Below, in pieces: positions 38,701 to 49,942 of a stretch of DNA of 64,000 bases. The DNA is from Eledone cirrhosa (taxonomy: Eukaryota): contig OZ024742.1 in assembly GCA_964016885.1 (NCBI GenBank), forward strand, positions 272,118,001 through 272,182,000, written 5' to 3'. The notes under the pieces are model-generated. The model searched no databases. It saw only the letters and a list, made by a program, of their open reading frames with translations, and had not been told where the DNA came from. How positions within the stretch are numbered: the first letter of the stretch is position 1; every line of letters begins with the position of its first letter. A program made the position numbers and the translations under genes.

Positions 38701-41700
38701 ACATCCAACTAATAGGAATGCCCTGAGTTAGGATTCATCAGGAGTCAAACTCAAAATCAGACATCGAGTTTTTCAACCTGATCGCGCCGAAATTAGATTA
38801 AAAAATGGCTAAGATTCGCTGTGGCTGAGGTCAAGCTAGAAAGTATGTGATTGGCTGCTTACGGCGGGTAGGCTTGTTTCAAGAAAGCGCAGCCAGATAT
38901 CGCCAAATTTAATCTCAACCTAATGGGAGATTATTAAATATAAAGTTTTACATATACATAAAGTTATAGATATATATGTTGCAACTGGTCACTTTTAAGC
39001 TCTATGAAGAATTAATAAATTAAATAATCAGAGCAATATATCATAAATCATGTCTTTAGAATTATTAGATAAAATATATATGGTTTCTTCTTCCAATTAG
39101 CATAATTAACCATATAAAAAATCAATTAGACCAAGTTATAAGAAGATAGACTCTTATGAAGAAATCTTCGACAAATAACCGTAAGTGCCCTCTTCGCGGT
39201 GACGCCGATATGGTATATTTATCCAACATTTCTACAACATGTGGAAACTGACTAAATATATCATCAACCATACACAATTAGGTGTAAAATTAAACAGTAG
39301 AAGAAATGTGTACATACCGTAATTATATCTCTACCATGGTTTCATCCGTATTTTTAGACATCCAATTAATAGGAATGCCCTGAGTTAGGCTTCATCAGGA
39401 GTCAAACTCAAAATCAGACATCGAGTTTTTCAACCTGATCGCGCCGAAATTAGATTCAAAAATGGCTAAGAATCACTGTTGCTGTGGTCAAGCTAGAAAG
39501 TATATGATTGGCTGCTTACGGCGGGTAGGCTTGTTTCTAGAAAGCGCAGCCAGATATCGCCAAATTTAATCTCAACCTAATGGGAGATTATTAAATATAA
39601 AGTTTTACATAGACATAAAGTTATAGATATATATGTTGCAACTGGTCACTTTTAAGCTATATGAAGAATTAATAAATTAAATAATCAGAGCAATATATCA
39701 TAAATCATGTCTTTAGAATTATTAGATAAAATATATATCGTTTCTTCTTCCAATTAGCATAATTAACCATATAAAAAATCAATTAGACCAAGTTATAAGA
39801 AGATAGGCTCTTATGAAGAAATCTTTGACAAATAACCGAAAGTGGCCTCTTCGCAGTGACACCAATATAGTATATTTATCCAACATTTCGACAGCATGTG
39901 GAAACTGACTAAATATATCATCAACCATACACAATTAGGTGTAAAATTAAACTTAGAAGAAATGTGTACATACCGTAATTATATCTCTACCATGGTTTAT
40001 TCCGTATTTTTAGACATCCAATTAATAGGAATGCCCTGAGTTACGATTCATCAGGAGTCAAACTCAAAATCAGACATCGAGTTTTTCAACCTGATCGCGC
40101 CGAAATTAGATTCATAAATGGCTAAGAATCGCTTTGTGGCTGTGTGTCAAGCTAGAAAGTATGTGATTGGCTGCTTACGGCGGGTAGGCTTGTTTCTAGA
40201 AAGCGCAGCCAGATATCGCCAAATTTAATCTCAACCTAACGGGCGATTATTAAATATAAAGTTTTACATATACATAAAGTTATAGATATATATGTTGCAA
40301 CTGGTCACTTTTAAGCTCTATCAAGAATTAATAAATTAAATAATCAGAGCAATATATCATAAATCATGTCTTTAGAATTATTAAATAAAATATATACCGT
40401 TTCTTCTTCCAATTAGCATAATTAACCATATAAAAAATCAATTAGACCAAGCTATAAGAAGAAAGACTCTTATGAAGAAATCTTCGACAAATAACCGAAA
40501 GTGCCCTCTTCGCGATGACGCCGATATGGTATATTTATCCAACATTTCTACAACATGTGGAAACTGACTAAATATATCATCAACCATACACAATTAGGTG
40601 TAAAATTAAACAGTAGAAGAAATGTGTACATACCGTTATTATATCTCTACCATGGTTTCATCCGTATTTTTAGACATCCAATTAATAGGAATGCCCTGAG
40701 TTAGGCTTCATCAGGAGTCAAACTCAAAATCAGACATCGAGTTTTTCAACCTGATCGCGCCGAAATTAGATTCAAAAATGGCTAAGAATCACTGTGGCTG
40801 TGGTCAAGCTAGAAAGTATATGATTGGCTGCTTACGGCGGGTAGGCTTGTTTCTAGAAAGCGCAGCCAGATATCGCCAAATTTAATCTCAACCTAATGGG
40901 AGATTATTAAATATAAAGTTTTACATAGACATAAAGTTATAGATATATATGTTGCAACTGGTCACTTTTAAGCTATATGAAGAATTAATAAATTAAATAA
41001 TCAGAGCAATATATCATAAATCATGTCTTTAGAATTATTAGATAAAATATATACCGTTTCTTCTTCCAATTAGCATAATTAAACCATATAAAAAATCAAT
41101 TAGACCAAGCCATAAGAAGAAAGGCTCTTATGAAGAAATCTTCGACAAATAACCGAAAGTGGCCTCTTCGCGGTGACCCCAATATGGTATATTTAGCCAA
41201 CATTTCGACAGCATGTGGAAACTGACTAAATATATCATCAACCATACACAATTAGGTGTAAAATTAAACTTAGAAGAAATGTGTACATACCGTAATTATA
41301 TCTCTACCATGGTTTCATCCGTATTTTTAGACATCCAACTAATAGGAATGCCCTGAGTTAGGATTCATCAGGAGTCAAACTCAAAATCAGACATCGAGTT
41401 TTTCAACCTGATCGCGCCGAAATTAGATTAAAAAATGGCTAAGATTCGCTGTGGCTGAGGTCAAGCTAGAAAGTATGTGATTGGCTGCTTACGGCGGGTA
41501 GGCTTGTTTCAAGAAAGCGCAGCCAGATATCGCCAAATTTAATCTCAACCTAATGGGAGATTATTAAATATAAAGTTTTACATATACATAAAGTTATAGA
41601 TATATATGTTGCAACTGGTCACTTTTAAGCTATATGAAGAATTAATAAATTAAATAATCAGAGCAATATATCATAAATCATGTCTTTAGAATTATTAGAT

Positions 41701-44700
41701 AAAATATATATCGTTTCTTCTTCCAATTAGCATAATTAACCATATAAAAAATCAATTAGACCAAGTTATAAGAAGATAGGCTCTTATGAAGAAATCTTTG
41801 ACAAATAACCGAAAGTGGCCTCTTCGCAGTGACACCAATATAGTATATTTATCCAACATTTCGACAGCATGTGGAAACTGACTAAATATATCATCAACCA
41901 TACACAATTAGGTGTAAAATTAAACTTAGAAGAAATGTGTACATACCGTAATTATATCTCTACCATGGTTTCTTCCGTATTTTTAGACATCCAATTAATA
42001 GGAATGCCCTGAGTTACGATTCATCAGGAGTCAAACTCAAAATCAGACATCGAGTTTTTCAACCTGATCGCGCCGAAATTAGATTCATAAATGGCTAAGA
42101 ATCGCTTTGTGGCTGTGTGTCAAGCTAGAAAGTATGTGATTGGCTGCTTACGGCGGGTAGGCTTGTTTCTAGAAAGCGCAGCCAGATATCGCCAAATTTA
42201 ATCTCAACCTAACGGGCGATTATTAAATATAAAGTTTTACATATACATAAAGTTATAGATATATATGTTGCAACTGGTCACTTTTAAGCTCTATCAAGAA
42301 TTAATAAATTAAATAATCAGAGCAATATATCATAAATCATGTCTTTAGAATTATTAAATAAAATATATACCGTTTCTTCTTCCAATTAGCATAATTAACC
42401 ATATAAAAAATCAATTAGACCAAGCTATAAGAAGAAAGACTCTTATGAAGAAATCTTCGACAAATAACCGAAAGTGCCCTCTTCGCGATGACGCCGATAT
42501 GGTATATTTATCCAACATTTCTACAACATGTGGAAACTGACTAAATATATCATCAACCATACACAATTAGGTGTAAAATTAAACAGTAGAAGAAATGTGT
42601 ACATACCGTAATTATATCTCTACCATGGTTTCATCCGTATTTTTAGACATCCAATTAATAGGAATGCCCTGAGTTAGGCTTCATCAGGAGTCAAACTCAA
42701 AATCAGACATCGAGTTTTTCAACCTGATCGCGCCGAAATTAGATTCAAAAATGGCTAAGAATCACTGTGGCTGTGGTCAAGCTAGAAAGTATATGATTGG
42801 CTGCTTACGGCGGGTAGGCTTGTTTCTAGAAAGCGCAGCCAGATATCGCCAAATTTAATCTCAACCTAATGGGAGATTATTAAATATAAAGTTTTACATA
42901 GACATAAAGTTATAGATATATATGTTGCAACTGGTCACTTTTAAGCTATATGAAGAATTAATAAATTAAATAATCAGAGCAATATATCATAAATCATGTC
43001 TTTAGAATTATTAGATAAAATATATACCGTTTCTTCTTCCAATTAGCATAATTAAACCATATAAAAAATCAATTAGACCAAGCCATAAGAAGAAAGGCTC
43101 TTATGAAGAAATCTTCGACAAATAACCGAAAGTGGCCTCTTCGCGGTGACCCCAATATGGTATATTTAGCCAACATTTCGACAGCATGTGGAAACTGACT
43201 AAATATATCATCAACCATACACAATTAGGTGTAAAATTAAACTTAGAAGAAATGTGTACATACCGTAATTATATCTCTACCATGGTTTCATCCGTATTTT
43301 TAGACATCCAACTAATAGGAATGCCCTGAGTTAGGATTCATCAGGAGTCAAACTCAAAATCAGACATCGAGTTTTTCAACCTGATCGCGCCGAAATTAGA
43401 TTAAAAAATGGCTAAGATTCGCTGTGGCTGAGGTCAAGCTAGAAAGTATGTGATTGGCTGCTTACGGCGGGTAGGCTTGTTTCAAGAAAGCGCAGCCAGA
43501 TATCGCCAAATTTAATCTCAACCTAATGGGAGATTATTAAATATAAAGTTTTACATATACATAAAGTTATAGATATATATGTTGCAACTGGTCACTTTTA
43601 AGCTCTATGAAGAATTAATAAATTAAATAATCAGAGCAATATATCATAAATCATGTCTTTAGAATTATTAGATAAAATATATATGGTTTCTTCTTCCAAT
43701 TAGCATAATTAACCATATAAAAAATCAATTAGACCAAGTTATAAGAAGATAGACTCTTATGAAGAAATCTTCGACAAATAACCGTAAGTGCCCTCTTCGC
43801 GGTGACGCCGATATGGTATATTTATCCAACATTTCTACAACATGTGGAAACTGACTAAATATATCATCAACCATACACAATTAGGTGTAAAATTAAACAG
43901 TAGAAGAAATGTGTACATACCGTAATTATATCTCTACCATGGTTTCATCCGTATTTTTAGACATCCAATTAATAGGAATGCCCTGAGTTAGGCTTCATCA
44001 GGAGTCAAACTCAAAATCAGACATCGAGTTTTTCAACCTGATCGCGCCGAAATTAGATTCAAAAATGGCTAAGAATCACTGTTGCTGTGGTCAAGCTAGA
44101 AAGTATATGATTGGCTGCTTACGGCGGGTAGGCTTGTTTCTAGAAAGCGCAGCCAGATATCGCCAAATTTAATCTCAACCTAATGGGAGATTATTAAATA
44201 TAAAGTTTTACATAGACATAAAGTTATAGATATATATGTTGCAACTGGTCACTTTTAAGCTATATGAAGAATTAATAAATTAAATAATCAGAGCAATATA
44301 TCATAAATCATGTCTTTAGAATTATTAGATAAAATATATATCGTTTCTTCTTCCAATTAGCATAATTAACCATATAAAAAATCAATTAGACCAAGTTATA
44401 AGAAGATAGGCTCTTATGAAGAAATCTTTGACAAATAACCGAAAGTGGCCTCTTCGCAGTGACACCAATATAGTATATTTATCCAACATTTCGACAGCAT
44501 GTGGAAACTGACTAAATATATCATCAACCATACACAATTAGGTGTAAACTTAAACTTAGAAGAAATGTGTACATACCGTAATTATATCTCTACCATGGTT
44601 TCATCCGTATTTTTAGACATCCAATTAATAGGAATGCCCTGAGTTAGGATTCATCAGGAGTCAAACTCAAAATCAGACATCGAGTTTTTCAACCTGATCG

Positions 44701-47215
44701 CGCCGAAATTAGATTCATAAATGGCTAAGAATCGCTATGTGGCTGTGTGTCAAGCTAGAAAGTATGTGATTGGCTGCTTACGGCGGGTAGGCTTGTTTCT
44801 AGAAAGCGCAGCCAGATATCGCCAAATTTAATCTCAACCTAACGGGCGATTATTAAATATAAAGTTTTACATATACATAAAGTTATAGATATATATGTTG
44901 CAACTGGTCACTTTTAAGCTCTATCAAGAATTAATAAATTAAATAATCAGAGCAATATATCATAAATCATGTCTTTAGAATTATTAAATAAAATATATTC
45001 CGTTTCTTCTTCCAATTAGCATAATTAACCATATAAAAAATCAATTAGACCAAGCTATAAGAAGAAAGACTTTTATGAAGAAATCTTCGACAAATAACCG
45101 AAAGTGCCCTCTTCGCGGTGACGCCGATATTGTATATTTATCCAATATTTCTACAACATGTGGAAACTGACTAAATATATCATCAACCATACACAATAGG
45201 TGTAAAATTAAACAGTAGAAGAAATGTGTACATACCGTAATTATATCTCTACTATGGTTTCATCCGTATTTTTAGACATCCAATTAATAGGAATGCCCTG
45301 AGTTAGGCTTCATCAGGAGTCAAACTCAAAATCAGACATCGAGTTTTTCAACCTGATCGCGCCGAAATTAGATTCAAAAATGGCTAAGAATCACTGTGGC
45401 TGTGGTCAAGCTAGAAAGTATATGATTGGCTGCTTACGGCGGGTAGGCTTGTTTCTAGAAAGCGCAGCCAGATATCGCCAAATTTAATCTCAACCTAATG
45501 GGAGATTATTAAATATAAAGTTTTACATAGACATAAAGTTATAGATATATATGTTGCAACTGGTCACTTTTAAGCTATATGAAGAATTAATAAATTAAAT
45601 AATCAGAGCAATATATCATAAATCATGTCTTTAGAATTATTAGATAAAATATATACCGTTTCTTCTTCCAATTAGCATAATTAAACCATATAAAAAATCA
45701 ATTAGACCAAGCCATAAGAAGAAAGGCTCTTATGAAGAAATCTTCGACAAATAACCGAAAGTGGCCTCTTCGCGGTGACCCCAATATGGTATATTTAGCC
45801 AACATTTCGACAGCATGTGGAAACTGACTAAATATATCATCAACCATACACAATTAGGTGTAAACTTAAACTTAGAAGAAATGTGTACATACCGTAATTA
45901 TATCTCTACCATGGTTTCATCCGTATTTTTAGACATCCAATTAATAGGAATGCCCTGAGGTAGGATTCATCAGGAGTCAAACTCAAAATCAGACATCGAG
46001 TTTTTCAACCTGATCGCGCCGAAATTAGATTCATAAATGGCTAAGAATCGCTATGTGGCTGTGTGTCAAGCTAGAAAGTATGTGATTGGCTGCTTACGGC
46101 GGGTAGGCTTGTTTCTAGAAAGCGCAGCCAGATATCGCCAAATTTAATCTCAACCTAACGGGCGATTATTAAATATAAAGTTTTACATATACATAAAGTT
46201 ATAGATATATATGTTGCAACTGGTCACTTTTAAGCTCTATCAAGAATTAATAAATTAAATAATCAGAGCAATATATCATAAATCATGTCTTTAGAATTAT
46301 TAAATAAAATATATTCCGTTTCTTCTTCCAATTAGCATAATTAACCATATAAAAAATCAATTAGACCAAGCTATAAGAAGAAAGACTTTTATGAAGAAAT
46401 CTTCGACAAATAACCGAAAGTGCCCTCTTCGCGGTGACGCCGATATTGTATATTTATCCAATATTTCTACAACATGTGGAAACTGACTAAATATATCATC
46501 AACCATACACAATAGGTGTAAAATTAAACAGTAGAAGAAATGTGTACATACCGTAATTATATCTCTACTATGGTTTCATCCGTATTTTTAGACATCCAAT
46601 TAATAGGAATGCCCTGAGTTAGGCTTCATCAGGAGTCAAACTCAAAATCAGACATCGAGTTTTTCAACCTGATCGCGCCGAAATTAGATTCAAAAATGGC
46701 TAAGAATCACTGTGGCTGTGGTCAAGCTAGAAAGTATATGATTGGCTGCTTACGGCGGGTAGGCTTGTTTCTAGAAAGCGCAGCCAGATATCGCCAAATT
46801 TAATCTCAACCTAATGGGAGATTATTAAATATAAAGTTTTACATAGACATAAAGTTATAGATATATATGTTGCAACTGGTCACTTTTAAGCTATATGAAG
46901 AATTAATAAATTAAATACTCAGAGCAATGTATCATAAATCATGTCTTTAGAATTATTAGATAAAATATATACTGTTTCTTCTTCCAATTAGCATAATTAA
47001 CCATATAAAATATCAATTAGACCAAGTTATAAGAAAAAAGGCTCTTATGAAGAAATCTTCGACAAATAACCGAAAGTGGCCTCTTCGCAGTGACACCAAT
47101 ATAGTATATTTATCCAACATTTCCACAGCATGTGGAAACTGACTAAATATATCATCAACAATACACAATTAGGTGTAAAATTAAACTTAGAAGAAATGTG
47201 TACATACCGTAATTA

Positions 47216-47294
47216 TATCTCTACCATGGTTTCATCCGTATTTTTAGACATCCAATTAATAGGAATGTCCTGAGTTAGGATTCATCAGGAGACA
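47216..47294 (-). ncRNA. Type I hammerhead ribozyme motif, best-preserved copy (last direct monomer)
   Basis: UGUCUC|CUGAUGA|AUCC uaacuca GGACAuUCC uauuaauu GGAUGUCU aaaaauac GGAU|GAAA|C-CAUG-G|UA^|GAGAUA. Stem I is 6 bp, stem II is extended, stem III is minimal with the palindrome ACCAUGGU. Predicted cleavage is after GUA, between 47222 and 47221. Confidence 0.8.
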
Positions 47295-47497
47295 AACTCA
47301 AAATCAGACATCTAGTTTTTTAACCTGATCGCGCCGAAATTAGATTAAAAAATGGCTAAGAATCGCTATGTGGCTGTGGTCAAGCTAGAAAGAATGTGAC
47401 TGGCTGCTTACGGATATCGCCAGATATCGCCAAATCTTTTCTCAACCTAACGGGAGATTATTATATATACAGTTTTAATTATACATAAAGTTATAAA

Positions 47498-48595
47498 GTT
47501 ATTTGTCGAAGATTTCTTCATAAGAGCATTTCTTCTTATAGCTTGGTCTAATTGATTTTTTATATGGTTAATTATGCTAATTGGAAGAAGAAACGGTATA
47601 TATTTTATCTAATACTTCTAAAGACATGATTTATGATATATTGCTCTGATTATTTAATTTATTAATTCTTCATAGAGCTTAAAAGTGACAGGTTGCAACA
47701 CATATATCTATAACTTTATGTATATGTAAATCTTTATATTTAATAATCTCCCATTAGTTTGAGATTAAATTTGGTGATCTCTGGCTGCGCTTTCTAGCAA
47801 CAAGCCTACCCGCCGTAAGCAGCCAATCCCATTCTTTCTAGCTTGACCACAGCCACATAGCGACTCTTAGCCATTTTTGAATCTAATTTCGGCGCGATCA
47901 GGTTGAAAAACTCGATGTCTGATTCTGAGTTTGACTCCTGATGAATCCTAACTCAGGACATTCCTATTAATTGGATGTCTAAAAATACGGATGAGACCAT
48001 GGTAGAGATATAATTACGGTATGTACACATTTCTTCTGAGTTTAATTTTACACCTAATTGTGTATGGTTGATGATATATATAGTCAGTTTCTACGTGCTG
48101 TCGAAATGCTGGAAAAATATACTATATTGGGGTCACCACGAAGAGGCCACTTTCGGTTATTTGTCGAAGGTTTCTTGATAAGAGTCTTTCTTCTCATAGC
48201 TTGGACTAATTGATTTTTTATATGGTTAATTATGCTAATTGGAAGAAGAAACGGTATATAGTATATCTAATAATTCTAAAGACATGATTTATGATATATT
48301 GCTCTGATTATTTAAATTATTATTTCTTCATAGAGCTTAAAAGTGACCAGTTGCAACATATATATCTATAACTTTATGTACATGTAAAACTTTATATTCA
48401 ATAATCTCCCGTTAGGTTGAGATTAAATTTGGCGATATCTGGCTGCGCTTTCTAGCAACAAGCCTACTCGCCGTAAGCAGCCAATCACATTCTTTCTAGC
48501 TTGATCACAGCCACATAGCGATTATTAGCCATTTATGAATCTGATTTCGGCGCGATGAGGTTGAAAAACTAGATGTCTGATTTTGAGTCTGTCTC

Positions 48596-48600
<5 letters not shown>
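47498..48600. repeat. Inverted block of ~1.7 satellite monomers
   Basis: Reverse complement of the array unit. Its hammerhead at 47932-48010 (+) has GAAA mutated to GAGA. The block ends at GTCTCCTGAT and runs into (AT)n. Confidence 0.95.
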
Positions 48601-48690
<90 letters not shown>

Positions 48691-48714
48691 TATATATATA
48701 CATATATACACACA
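48599..48714. repeat. (AT)n/(AC)n microsatellite, right flank of the array
   Basis: Direct reading. Confidence 0.95.
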
Positions 48715-49014
48715 CCACAGATAGTGTCATAATGTCGTAATGCATAGATCCAGTCATGCGTATATTATAAGGGAGCATGGTTACATCTATGTATCTATCT
48801 AAAAAGACAGACTAAGAAAGACAGAGAGAGATCGCTAACCGACGCCTAATGCGCTCCCTAGGGTATTGAACATTTGAAATATCTTTCGCTCAAAACACTC
48901 ACACGACCATAAGTATTACAGGTGTAAAGTTTGAAAAAATCGGTTCAGTAGTTCTCGAGTTTTAGGGAGTCAGATAGACAGACATACATACATTCTCTGT
49001 TTTAGATACATAGA

Positions 49015-49907
49015 TAATGTTTTTTTATTGGCCACAGGGGCTAACATGAAGAAAAACATTACAGACGGCACAGAATGGTACAGTATGATACGATATGTAT
49101 TTTGGCCGTGTATTATAACAAGATAGAGATTGTGATAGAGTTGAAAAAATTAAAAACAACAAAAATTCCCCCAAAAAAGGGAAACCCGCCGAGGGTCAAT
49201 CGTGGCGAAATCCACACAAAAGAACACGGTCACCCTGATCACCAGGGCAAGCGCCCTCTCTTAGTTTTCCCACACCTCAGTCTACATGCTCATACTCAGA
49301 GCAGGTCCGTTCACTCGGAGCAGACTCGCCACTTTCACTCGCCTCTCAACAAACTTACTAGAAAACAGCACTTGCCTCTCCACCCTGATTTTCCTCTTCA
49401 GGTGAAATTTGAAAAAGTTAATCAGGGTGTGCCCGGAGAGGAAAGTGTTCGTTTTCCATCCTTTCAACATTTTCCACCACACAATCTTTTGCGCCACGGC
49501 CACCAAGCAGATGAAAACTGCTGGCCGTTCCTCCCCTTTAAAGGAGGATGGCGGGTCTATCTGCACAATGAATGCATCCTACACGTGACAGCAACTGTTC
49601 GACATAGCCCCAGAAGTCAGCAATCCTCGGGCAGTGAACGAGTGCGTGCAGGACGGTTTCGTCGCCCTGCGCGCATCTCGGACAGGCTCGGCTGTCAGCA
49701 CCACCCTGCCTGTACTGCTTATCACGAACCGGTAACGCTCCCCGGTAGTATTGCCAGGCCAGGGTTTTCTGGAAGTTGTACATAGACCTGGATCTGAAAG
49801 TTCTCTTGAAGAGAGCGAAATGCTGATCGTCTGCGACGCCCAGGGTCTCCCAGAGAACGTCGTTGATCTTCCCCTTAGCTAGCCCTCTATAGAATGCTGA
49901 GGTGGAT

Positions 49908-49910
<3 letters not shown>
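49015..49910 (-). mobile_element. Tx1-like copy E (third subfamily), 5'-truncated; its tail is split by the Helitron
   Basis: ORF2 C-terminus RACPRCAQGDETVLHALVHC...FFKFHLKRKIRVERQV. The 3' UTR is related to but distinct from those of A and B. Confidence 0.85.

Positions 49911-49942
<32 letters not shown>

Larger units (their letters stand above)
17361..47497. repeat. Tandem array (macrosatellite) of ~46 monomers of ~657 bp, AT-rich, with three main monomer variants
   Basis: The unit ATCATAAATCATGTCTTTAG...AATCAGAGCAATAT recurs at about 17361, 18001, 18658, 19317, 19973 ... 46931. The first unit has an 18-bp deletion and the last is partial. The ORF track has no entries in the array. Confidence 0.97.
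16850..49014 (-). mobile_element. Non-autonomous Helitron whose termini enclose the satellite array
   Basis: Minus-strand 5' end A|TCTATGTATCTAAAA at 49014. The 3' end is an imperfect GC hairpin CCGAGCAACGCCTGG followed by CAATTCTG-CTAG|T, with CTAG at 16850-16853. Removing the element rejoins ATAATAATAATAA + TAATGTTTTTTTATTGGCCACAGGGG, a continuous Tx1 tail and 3' UTR. This is an A|T insertion with no TSD. Confidence 0.75.

Noticed and set aside
17361-47497. Array as an rDNA, 5S, tRNA, snRNA or histone gene cluster, or as a CRISPR array
   Set aside because: No recognisable RNA gene, Pol III boxes, ORF or repeat-spacer alternation. The units are near-identical along their whole length.
48785-49014. 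12-bp inverted repeat TCTATGTATCTA / TAGATACATAGA as MITE TIRs or Helentron sub-TIRs
   Set aside because: The sequence is low-complexity with no TSD. The TC...CTAG ends and A|T site fit a canonical Helitron better.
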